From: an uncultured Alphaproteobacteria bacterium
Lineage (GTDB): Bacteria; Pseudomonadota; Alphaproteobacteria; CAVTAV01
Direction: 5' to 3'
Length of the DNA: 64,000 nucleotides
Assembly: GCA_963822835.1 (NCBI GenBank)
Contig: CAWGIZ010000009.1
Location: 80,542-144,541 of the forward strand
Position 1 is the stretch's first letter. Every line of letters begins with the position of its first letter. The notes under the pieces were generated by a model. That model saw only the letters and a program-made list of their open reading frames with translations, had not been told where the DNA came from and searched no databases. This document shows, one piece after another, positions 36,165 through 47,192 of this stretch. Position numbers and translations under genes: made by a program.

Positions 36165-36773
36165 TTGAACGCGGCGAAATCGGCGCTCGACGTACTGCAT
36201 TTAGTCATCGGTCAAGGGTCAGTCATTTATCTGCCTGAAACCGTTACACCCGGGTTTCAAGTTCTGGTTGTCGTCGTGTTCCTGTTTGTCGGGATAGCTG
36301 TCTTATTCTTGCTCGAGAAGCTCGGGAACACGATATCGACAAACAAGAGGCTTGAACGTCTTGGCCCAGAGCTAGCTTGGAAGATCAGTAAGGAGTACAT
36401 GCGGGTCAGTCAGGCGGATCGCCCAAATCTCGACGGCAACAACGAGGCACTTCGGGCTTATCACCGGGCCCAAATCACACAATTCCTTAGAATAATTTGT
36501 CGTGCTCTCGAACGCCGCTATCGGCAGTCAACTCTGACGGCGACGTTGATGCTCCCTGCCCGACAGAACGATGATGAGAAGGATCGGCTCTATATTGAGT
36601 TTTGGTGGAACCAAGATCAGAAGAACCGGACACTCATAAGTCCGATTCAGACGGAAGACGGAAGGGATTTGGGCTGGAGGAGGGGTTTTGTGGACATGCC
36701 TGGTGTTGGAAACGATCGGTATCGGGCGGAAAGGCGTCTCGTAAGGCGCTGTTTTTCAAGAAGACTTGGCTAG
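36165..36773 (+). CDS. Hypothetical membrane-anchored protein inside the low-GC island
   Basis: One N-terminal TM helix (VLVVVVFLFVGIAVLFLLEKL) then a hydrophilic domain. AT-richer codon usage than the surrounding genes. Confidence 0.35.
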   Translation: MNAAKSALDVLHLVIGQGSVIYLPETVTPGFQVLVVVVFLFVGIAVLFLLEKLGNTISTNKRLERLGPELAWKISKEYMRVSQADRPNLDGNNEALRAYHRAQITQFLRIICRALERRYRQSTLTATLMLPARQNDDEKDRLYIEFWWNQDQKNRTLISPIQTEDGRDLGWRRGFVDMPGVGNDRYRAERRLVRRCFSRRLG

Positions 36774-37387
36774 TGCCTTGCGGCAAGAAGTTGTATGAAA
36801 AAACGTCGGATCGTCAGCGCGATGTTAAGAGTTTCCTTTCTATCTACATGAGTAACATATTGACGGCCATGATCAGACCACATTTGTGCTGAACATCGAT
36901 GCGACGGATGCATTCTATTTTCCGCTGACGAGGCGAGGATTGACTGGCTTGGATTCCGAGTTGAGGCCAGTCAATGCCGCAATTGGCCGCCATGTATTCG
37001 AATATGTTCGGTTGTCGCTGACGGATAATCTCGTAATGCTACGTAGAGCGAAGCTGGTAAACTAGATAAAGTATGCTCGTATTTTAAGGCCGCAACATCT
37101 AGACGGGAGCACATCAGTGACGCAAAGGGCAAGGAGTCTCACTTTTCAGATCATCATTCCCGGCAGAGACGTAACGAGTTCCTGGACAAGCTTGAAAAGA
37201 TTTTCCGAAGTGTGCGCGGCGCGCAAAAGGAGCGAAACACTCCGATTAAAGACGACGAGGCGTCTTCCAGAAAGACCGACCGCAAGAAAAGGGCAACAGC
37301 TTAAAGGTCTGCACTATAAGGTTGTAGTTCTGGGCTGGAAGTTTGGCCCGGCATTGTGCGCGAGTTCGCTCTGCTGTAACGAGCCCC

Positions 37388-38536
37388 CTACTGCACCAGA
37401 ATATTCGGCGCCTTCCGGCCACCTTGCGCACTGGCGTAAAGCTTGTCCGATACTTCGGCGGCGAGGTCCATGAAGGCGTGGGCTTGCTCGCTGTCGGGTT
37501 GGGAGACGACGATCGGCGTGCCGCCGTCGGAGTTCTCGCGGATCGCGATGTGGAGCGGGATCTCGCCGAGGAAGTCGCAGCCGAGCTGCTCCGCCGTTTC
37601 GCGCGCGCCGCCATGGCCGAAGATCTCGGAGGCCTCGCCGCAATGGGGGCAGATGAAATAGCTCATATTCTCGACGATGCCGAACACCGGTACTTCCACG
37701 CGACGGAACATGGCGAGACCGCGCCGCGCGTCGATGAGCGCGATGTCCTGAGGAGTCGAAACGATGACCGCGCCCGCGAGCGGCACGCGCTGGGCGAGCG
37801 TCAGCTGCGCGTCGCCCGTGCCCGGAGGCATGTCGACGACGAGCACATCGAGGTCACCCCAGTTCACGTCGGTCAGCATCTGCTGCAACGCCCCGGCGAC
37901 CATCGGGCCGCGCCAGACCGTCGCGCGGTCCTCCTCGATCAGGAAGCCGATCGACATGCAGGCCACGCCGAACTTCTCGATCGGGATCAATTTTTTGTCA
38001 TCACTGACGCGCGGCTTCTCCGAAATTCCCATCATCCGGGGGAGCGACGGACCATAGATATCGGCATCCAGAATGCCGACCCGTTTGCCGAGACGCTGGA
38101 GCCCGAGCGCGAGGTTCACCGCGACCGTGGATTTGCCGACTCCGCCCTTGCCGCTGGCCACCGCGATGATCGCCTGAATGCCCGGAATCCCTGACTTTGT
38201 CTGGGCCGCCTGGGCCTTCGGGCCGGGGGCGTGCTGATGCCCCGCCGCCGGTCCGCCGGTCTGCGCGTGGTGCTGTCCGGGGCCTTCCCGCTCGGCGGTC
38301 AGTACGGCCGTTACCGCCGTCACGCCGCGCAGTTCCTTCACCGCATTTTCGCAGGCCTTGCGCAGCGGCTCCATCCGCGCGCCGTCGCCCGCCGCGACCT
38401 CGACGATGAATCCGACCTTGCCTTCTCGGACATAGAGGCCACTTATCATGCCGTTGCTGACGACATCCTTGCCCGATTTGGGGTCGATGATCTCTTTCAG
38501 TGCGTCCAGTACGTGTTCTTTGGTGATTTCAGGCAT
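37388..38536 (-). CDS. apbC: Fe-S cluster carrier ATPase Mrp/ApbC
   Basis: N-terminal DUF59-like segment, deviant Walker A SGKGGVGKST, CxxC (ICPHCG). The upstream part of the 824-aa ORF is antisense to hflK and not part of the gene. Confidence 0.85.
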   Translation of the reverse strand: MPEITKEHVLDALKEIIDPKSGKDVVSNGMISGLYVREGKVGFIVEVAAGDGARMEPLRKACENAVKELRGVTAVTAVLTAEREGPGQHHAQTGGPAAGHQHAPGPKAQAAQTKSGIPGIQAIIAVASGKGGVGKSTVAVNLALGLQRLGKRVGILDADIYGPSLPRMMGISEKPRVSDDKKLIPIEKFGVACMSIGFLIEEDRATVWRGPMVAGALQQMLTDVNWGDLDVLVVDMPPGTGDAQLTLAQRVPLAGAVIVSTPQDIALIDARRGLAMFRRVEVPVFGIVENMSYFICPHCGEASEIFGHGGARETAEQLGCDFLGEIPLHIAIRENSDGGTPIVVSQPDSEQAHAFMDLAAEVSDKLYASAQGGRKAPNILVQ

Positions 38537-38710
38537 GCCAATACGTGTGTGTGAAAGGAGACTTCTGCGGCAAAAGGCGCGATAATGCATATGCGCCGAG
38601 GTTTGCCTCTTTTGTCCGGGTAATCTACATATAACGCAACGCAAATAAATCCGAATCCTATTAAGCACGGGGCGCGCGTGGGGCGCCCCGAAGTTTCGAA
38701 AGGGGGCGCA

Positions 38711-39844
38711 ATGCCTTGGCAGAATCAGAGCGGCGGCGGTGGGGCGGTCCATGGGGACGAGGCCCGCGCGGCGGGGGCGGCGGTAACCAGCCGCCCAATC
38801 TCGAGGAGCTGCTGCGGCGGGGCCAGGACCAGTTCCGCGGCATGATGCCCGGGCGGCTTCAACAAGCCCCGCTGGTTCCTGCTCGGATTGCTCGTCGTGC
38901 TCGCGATCTGGGGCTTCAGCGGCTTCTACCGCGTGCAGCCCGACGAGCAGGGCGTCGTGCTGCGATTCGGCAAATGGGTCCAGACCACGCAGCCGGGCCT
39001 CAACTACCATCTGCCCTATCCGATCGAGACCGTCTTCACGCCCAAGGTGACGCGCGAAAACAACATCGATATCGGCTTCACCCAGGCCGGCGGCGGCCAG
39101 CGCGACGTCGCGGCCGAAAGCCTGATGCTCACCGGCGATGAGAACATCGTCGACATCGATTTCAGCGTCGTCTGGGTGATCAAGGACGCCGGCAAATATC
39201 TCTTCAATATCCGCGATCCGGAGCTGACGGTTCGCGCCGTCGCCGAGAGTGCGATGCGCGAGGTCATCGGCAAGACCCCGATTCAGAGCGCGCTCACCGA
39301 AGGCCGGCAGGACATCGAAATCCAGACCAAGGATCTCGTGCAGCAGGCGCTCGACGAATATGAGTCCGGCATCGAGATCCGCCGGTTGAAGCTTCAGAAG
39401 GTCGATCCGCCGCAAGAGGTGATCGATGCGTTCCGCGACGTTCAGGCGGCGCGCGCCGATCAGGAGCGTCTCCGGAACGAAGCCGAGGCCTATGAGAACG
39501 ACATCCTGCCGCGCGCCCGCGGTCAGGCCGAGAAGATCATTCAGGACGCCGAGGCCTATAAGGAACAGATCGTGGCCGAAGCGGAAGGCGAGGCGGCGCG
39601 CTTCATTTCCGTCTACAACCAGTACGCCAAGGCCAAGGATGTTACCCGCAAGCGCATGTATCTCGACACGATGCAGTCGATCCTGAGCGGCATGAACAAG
39701 GTCATCATCGACAAGTCGGCGTCCGGCGCGGGCGTCGTGCCCTATCTGCCGCTTCCCGAACTTCAGAAATCGACCGGGTCTCCGTCCGTGACGGCGTCTT
39801 CGCCCGGCTCCGGTCAATCCAGCAGCAGTCAGGGAGGCCGGTGA
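38711..39844 (+). CDS. hflK: Protease modulator HflK; 2 frameshifts in the Gly-rich N-terminus
   Basis: MPWQNQSGGGG... then GGGNQPPNLEELLRRGQDQFRGMMPG... then the SPFH/band-7 domain in the 38888-39844 frame. Confidence 0.75.
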
Positions 39845-40716
39845 TGAGCAGCCTGAAGACAATCATCCTGCTCGTTTTCGTCGGGCTCGTCGCGATCATC
39901 GCTTCCGGCTCCATGTTCACGGTCAACGAGACCCAGCAGGCGCTGGTGCTGCAATTCGGCCGTCCGGTGAACGTGGTCACCGATCCGGGGCTGCACTACA
40001 AGATCCCGTTCGTCCAGGACGTCCGCTATATCGACAAACGGATCCTCGCCCTGGACGCGCCCTCCGAGGAGGTGATCGCCTCCGATCAGAAGCGGCTCGT
40101 GGTGGACGCCTTCGCGCGCTACCGGATCCACGACCCGCTGAAGTTCTATGAGAGCGTGGGCAACGATCTGGTGGCCCGGCAGCGGCTGGAAACGCTGATC
40201 AACTCGAACCTGCGCCGCGTTCTCGGCAGCGAGGCGTTCTCGGCCGTGCTGAGCGGCGAGCGCGCCACCTTGATGCGGCGCATCCGGGACTCCGTGAACG
40301 AAGAAGCCAAGCAGTTCGGTCTCGACGTGGTCGACGTGCGGATCAAGCGCGCGGATCTTCCCGCCGCCAACAGCGAGGCGATTTATCGCCGGATGAAGGC
40401 GGAGCGCGACCGCGAGGCGAAGGATTTCCGGGCGCAGGGCGCTGAGATCAACCAGCGCATCGTGAGCCGCGCCAACCGCAACCGGACGGTGTTGCTTGCC
40501 GAAGCCCAGAAGCGTGCGGACATCCTGCACGGCGAGGGCGACGCGCGGGCGACCCAGGTTTTCGCGGAAGCTTACGGCAAGGACGTGGATTTCTTCGAAT
40601 TCTACCGGTCGCTGGAGGCCTATCGTAAAGCGCTGGGCGACCACGACACCACGATGGTCCTGTCGCCGGACAGTCCGTTCCTGAAATACTTCGGGCGCGG
40701 GGCGAACGCGAAATAG
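39844..40716 (+). CDS. hflC: Protease modulator HflC, intact
   Basis: SPFH domain, N-terminal TM helix, conserved C-terminus. Confidence 0.8.
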   Translation: MSSLKTIILLVFVGLVAIIASGSMFTVNETQQALVLQFGRPVNVVTDPGLHYKIPFVQDVRYIDKRILALDAPSEEVIASDQKRLVVDAFARYRIHDPLKFYESVGNDLVARQRLETLINSNLRRVLGSEAFSAVLSGERATLMRRIRDSVNEEAKQFGLDVVDVRIKRADLPAANSEAIYRRMKAERDREAKDFRAQGAEINQRIVSRANRNRTVLLAEAQKRADILHGEGDARATQVFAEAYGKDVDFFEFYRSLEAYRKALGDHDTTMVLSPDSPFLKYFGRGANAK

Positions 40717-40757
40717 GCGTGGGATACGGCTTCATCAACCACCGGGCTGGGCGCTAA

Positions 40758-40949
40758 ATGAATTTTCTGGCGGCGGTCGGCCTGGTGCTGGTGTTCGAGG
40801 GCTGCCTCTATGCCCTTTTCCCCGGCGGGGTTAAGCGTATGATGGCGATGGCCCAGCATCTGCCGGAAGGCACGCTGCGTATCGGCGGTCTGGCGGCTGC
40901 GGTGGCGGGCCTTTTCGTGGTCTGGCTGGCACGCAATATGTTAACGTGA
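40758..40949 (+). CDS. DUF2065 small membrane protein
   Basis: 63 aa, two TM helices, in the canonical position after hflC in alphaproteobacteria. Confidence 0.55.
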   Translation: MNFLAAVGLVLVFEGCLYALFPGGVKRMMAMAQHLPEGTLRIGGLAAAVAGLFVVWLARNMLT

Positions 40950-41077
40950 AGGCCGTATTTTCGCCGTATGGCCGGGCTATGTAAAAGGCTGTTTGGGCCC
41001 CGTAAAAGGGGTGAGGTTTGGCAGGCTCTCCGGCCGACGAAAGCAAGGGGTGCCAAGTGATCGAGCAATCTGGCGAC

Positions 41078-42550
41078 ATGTTGAATTCTGACTATCTTTC
41101 CGATTCCGGCGTCCAACCGACGGGGCGTCTCAGGTCCGTTTTCGCCGCTCTTGTGGCGCTGGTGATCTTAACGCCGGTCGCGGCGGCCGCTCACGAGACG
41201 CCGTCGAGCTTCGCGGATCTGGCCGAGAAGGTCATGCCGGCCGTCGTCAATATCGCGACCAAGCAGGAAGTGAAGCCCGAGCGTCAGGTGCCGCTTCCCG
41301 AGATCCCGCCCGGATCGCCTTTCGAGAAGTTTTTCAAGGACTTCCTGGACCGCAACCGGCCGCAGGGCAATCAGCCGCGCAGCATCGCCGCGCTGGGCTC
41401 CGGCTTCATCATCGATGCCAAGGGCTACATCGTGACCAACAACCACGTCATCGACGGGGCGGACGAGGTCACGGTCATTCTCGGCAACAAGAAGGAATTC
41501 AAGGCCACCATCGTGGGCCATGACGCCGAAACCGATCTGGCGCTTCTCAAGATCGATTCCGACAAGCCGCTTCCGTTCGTCGAACTCGGCGATTCCGACA
41601 AGCCGCGCGTCGGCGACTGGGTCATGGCGGTCGGCAATCCGTTCGGCATCGGCGAATCCGTCAGCGTCGGCATCGTGTCGGCGCGGAATCGCGATCTCCG
41701 GTCGGGCAATTTCGACGACTTCATCCAGACCGATGCGGCCATCAACAAGGGCAATTCCGGCGGCCCGCTGTTCGACATGGACGGCAAGGTGGTCGGCATC
41801 AACACGGCCATCTATTCGCCGAACGGCTCCAGCGTCGGCGTCGGCTTCGCCACCCCGGCCAATCTCGCCAAGAAGGTGATCGCGGATCTGCGCCAGTTCG
41901 GCGAAATCCAGCGCGGCTGGCTCGGTGTCCGGATCCAGAGCCTCACCGATGAAATCGCGGAGAGCCTGAGCCTTTCGGATAACTCCGGCGCGCTCGTGAC
42001 CGAGGTCATCCCGGATGGCCCGGCGGCGAAGGCCGGCGTCGAGCTGAGCGACGTCATTCTCGAATTCGACGGCCAGAAGATCGACGAAATGCGCAATCTG
42101 CCGCGCATCGTCCTGGAGACGCCGATCGGCAAGAAGGTCTCCATGAAGGTCTGGCGCGACGGCAAGATGAAGGAACTGCCGGTGAAGGTCGGCAAGTTCG
42201 AGGAACAGAAGGTCGCCGCCGTCGAGGAGCCCGAAACGCCGAAGCAGCCGGTCGGCAAGTCCGTTCTCGGCATGGATCTCGCGGCGCTTACGCCGTTGCT
42301 GCGCGAGCGCTTCGAGGTCGAGCCCGGCACGGACGGCGTCGCGGTTCTCGATGTCGATCCCAGCGGCAGCGCGGCCGAGAAGGGCATCCGGCCCGGCGAT
42401 ATCATCGTCGAGGTGGATCGCCAGAAGGTCGCGAGCCCGGCGGATATCGAGGCGCGCATGGCGGCGGCAAAGATCGATCGCAAGGCGGTTCTGTTCCTGA
42501 TCAACCGGAACAAGCAGAACGTCCATATCGCCCTGCCGACCGAGGGCTGA
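41078..42550 (+). CDS. degP: Periplasmic serine endoprotease DegP/HtrA (Do family), intact
   Basis: Catalytic triad regions TNNHV (His), ETDLALLKI (Asp), GNSGGPL (Ser); two PDZ domains. Confidence 0.85.
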   Translation: MLNSDYLSDSGVQPTGRLRSVFAALVALVILTPVAAAAHETPSSFADLAEKVMPAVVNIATKQEVKPERQVPLPEIPPGSPFEKFFKDFLDRNRPQGNQPRSIAALGSGFIIDAKGYIVTNNHVIDGADEVTVILGNKKEFKATIVGHDAETDLALLKIDSDKPLPFVELGDSDKPRVGDWVMAVGNPFGIGESVSVGIVSARNRDLRSGNFDDFIQTDAAINKGNSGGPLFDMDGKVVGINTAIYSPNGSSVGVGFATPANLAKKVIADLRQFGEIQRGWLGVRIQSLTDEIAESLSLSDNSGALVTEVIPDGPAAKAGVELSDVILEFDGQKIDEMRNLPRIVLETPIGKKVSMKVWRDGKMKELPVKVGKFEEQKVAAVEEPETPKQPVGKSVLGMDLAALTPLLRERFEVEPGTDGVAVLDVDPSGSAAEKGIRPGDIIVEVDRQKVASPADIEARMAAAKIDRKAVLFLINRNKQNVHIALPTEG

Positions 42551-42574
42551 CCCTCAAACCGCGGCGATTCAAGG

Positions 42575-43500
42575 GTGACGAGAGGTAAGGTCGAGTCCGG
42601 CATCGTCCTGATCGCCGGGCCGACGGCCTCGGGTAAATCGGCCCTGGCGCTGAAGCTCGCGGAGCAACTCGGCGGCACGGTCATCAATGCCGACAGCATG
42701 CAGGTCTACCGGGAGATCCCGGTCCTCTCGGCGCGACCGAGCCGAGGCCGACGAGGCGCGGGCGCCGCACCGGCTCTACGGTGTGCTGTCCGTGGCCGAA
42801 GTCCTGCTCGGCCGCCCGCTGGCGCGATCTCGCGCTCGATGCCATCGCGGAGGCACGGGAGGCGGGGACAGTGCCGATCCTGGTCGGCGGAACAGGGCTT
42901 TATTTCCGGGCGCTGCTGGAAGGCCTGGCGCCGGTGCCGGAAATTCCCGAAGCCATCCGGGCCGAGACCCGCGATCTGGCCCGGACCAAGGGCCCGAAGC
43001 GCTGCATGCGCTTCTCGCCGAGCGCGATCCCAGAATGGCGTCACGGCTTCACACGTCCGACCGGCAGCGAGTCGCCCGCGCCCTCGAAACGGTTCTCGCG
43101 ACCGGGCGGTCGCTCGCCGAATGGCAGGAGATGGCGCCCGAAGGCGGTGTCGGGTCCGTCGAGGCGGTCACCAGGATCCTCGTCTCCCCGCCGCGCGAGA
43201 TCGTTTATGCGCGGTGCGACGCGGCGATTGCGGGAGATGGTCGCCGGCGGCGCGCTGGACGAGGCGCGCGCCCTCGATGCGATGGATCTGGATCCCGGGC
43301 TTCCGGCGATGAAGGCGCTCGGCGTGCCGCATTTCCTCGCCGCGGTGAGGGGGGAGATGGCCGTCGAGGAGGCGATCACCGTGGCGCAAACCGCGACCCG
43401 GCATTACGCCAAGCGGCAGCTGACCTGGTTCCGGCATCAGTTCCCGGACTGGACCGGCTTCGAAGCGCAACAAGCCGAAACACTATTCGACAGTGTCATT
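42575..43500 (+). CDS. miaA: tRNA dimethylallyltransferase; at least 2 frameshifts, 3' end uncertain
   Basis: P-loop [38 protein letters not shown]-terminal [11 protein letters not shown]. Confidence 0.7.
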
Positions 43501-43626
43501 TCATTTATTTCAAACCAACGTATCTGTTTTGTAATTTTATGTATTGACCGAGGCGTCGTCCAGCGGTTATGGTGCGCGCCTTCCGGGGCCTCGCGCCCCG
43601 GATTCCGTATTGTTTAGGAATTCGTC

Positions 43627-45385
43627 ATGGCTGAACAAAGACTTCGTGGGGCCGAACTCGTCATCAAGGCGCTCGTCGATCAGGGCGTCGACACGATTTT
43701 CGGCTATCCGGGTGGCGCGGTGCTGCCGATTTATGATGCGCTCTTCAAGCAGAACGCGATCCGGCACGTCCTCGTCCGCCATGAGCAGGGCGCGGTTCAC
43801 GCGGCCGAGGGCTATGCGCGTTCGACCGGCAAGCCCGGCGTCGTGCTGGTGACCTCCGGTCCGGGCGCGACCAACGCGGTCACGGGGCTCGCCGACGCGA
43901 TGATGGATTCCATTCCGATCGTCTGCATCACCGGGCAGGTCGCGACGCATCTGATCGGCAACGACGCGTTTCAGGAAGCCGATACGGTCGGCATCACGCG
44001 GCCCGTCACCAAGCATAACTGGCTGGTGAAGAGCGGCGACGACGTCGCGCGGGTCATGCACGAGGCGTTCTATGTCGCCACCAACGGGCGTCCGGGGCCG
44101 GTCGTGGTCGATCTGCCGAAGGATATCCAGATCGCCATGGGCGATTATGTCGGGCCGGCCAATGTCCGCCACAAGACCTACCGCCCGCAGGTGAAGGGCG
44201 ACCGTGCCGCTATCGAGCAAGCCCTGGAGGCCATGGCGAAGGCCAAGCGGCCGCTGTTCTATACGGGCGGCGGCGTTGTGAATGCCGGCCCGGCGGCGTC
44301 GCTGCTGCTGACCGAGCTCGTCCAGGCGACCGGCTATCCGATCACGAATACCTTGATGGGGCTCGGCACCTATCCGGCGAACGACAAGCAATTCCTCGGC
44401 CTCGTCGGCATGCACGGGACCTACAAGTCCAACATGTCGATGTATGAGTGCGACGTGATGATCTGCATCGGCGCCCGGTTCGACGACCGGGTGACGGGCA
44501 AGACGGACGAGTTCTCGCCGAATTCGCTGAAGATCCATGTCGATATCGACCGGTCCTCGATCAACAAGAACATCGCCGTCGATATTCCGATCATCGGCGA
44601 CGCCGGGCTCGTGCTCGAGGACATGATCAAGATCTGGAAGTCGAAAGGCTATCAGCCGGACAAGAAGGCCCTGGCCGAGTGGTGGAAGACGATCGACAAG
44701 TGGCGTGAAAAGGACAGCTTGAAATACACCAAGCGCAAGGACGAGATCATGCCGCAGCACGCGATCCAGCGTCTGTATCGAGCTGACTCGCGACAAGGAT
44801 CCGATCATCACGACCGAGGTCGGCCAGCACCAGATGTGGGCGGCGCAGTTCTTCGGATTCCAGAAGCCGAACCGGTGGCTGACCTCCGGCGGTCTCGGCA
44901 CCATGGGCTATGGCCTGCCGGCGGCGATCGGCGCGCAGGAAGGCAATCCGCACCGTCTGGTCATCGATGTCGCGGGCGAAGCCTCGATCATGATGAACAT
45001 TCAGGAGCTTTCCACCGCCGTTCAGCACGATCTGCCGGTCAAGGTGTTCATCGTGAACAACCAGTATATGGGCATGGTCCGGCAGTGGCAGGACATGAAC
45101 TATGACGGCCGCTATTCCCACAGCTATTCGGAGGCGCTGCCCGATTTCGTGAAGCTGGCGGATGCCTTCGGCGCCACCGGCTTGCGGATCACCTCGCCGG
45201 ACGAACTGGACGCGGGTATCGAGAAGATGATCGCGACCAAGGGCCCGGTCATCGTCGACTGTCAGGTCGTTCAGCTCGAGAACTGCTATCCGATGGTTCC
45301 GGCCGGCGCGGCGCACTACGAGATGGTGTTCGGCCCGGATGAAGATCGCGAGCCCGTAAGCGACGAGGATCTCGCGGTCGTATAG
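43627..45385 (+). CDS. ilvB: Acetolactate synthase large (catalytic) subunit; single frameshift near 44775
   Basis: ThDP-enzyme N-domain (GYPGGAVLPIYDAL), FAD domain, C-terminal GLGTMGYGLPAAIGA...NNQYMGMVRQWQ. Confidence 0.85.
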
Positions 45386-45500
45386 ACCCGCTTTTGCCCT
45401 GTGGCGGCGCTTTCTTGGAGCCGCGCCGCCATAGGAAGCTTGCCTGATCCGTGAAATTGCCTAAATTCACCCCGCCTTCCGGGCGGACGAGGAAAATACA

Positions 45501-47089
<1,589 letters not shown>

Positions 47090-47109
47090 AAGCCGCACGA
47101 AGTGACGTC

Positions 47110-47186
47110 ATCCCCGGACTTGATCCGGGGATCCACGCCGACGGATTTGGTGAATGGCCGGGTCTAGCCCGGCCATTTCCTTTTGG
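47110..47186. terminator. Pair of stem-loops between convergent ilvC and the coiled-coil gene; the second resembles a rho-independent terminator for ilvC
   Basis: ATCCCCGGA-CTTGA-TCCGGGGAT (47110-47132) and AATGGCCGGG-TCTAG-CCCGGCCATT (47153-47177) followed by TCCTTTT. Confidence 0.5.
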
Positions 47187-47192
47187 GGGGAG

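Noticed and set aside
37388-39862. 824-aa minus-strand ORF
   Set aside because: Only its 3' third (37388-38536) is Mrp/ApbC, starting MPEITKEH. The rest is an antisense read-through opposite hflK that stays open because of high GC.
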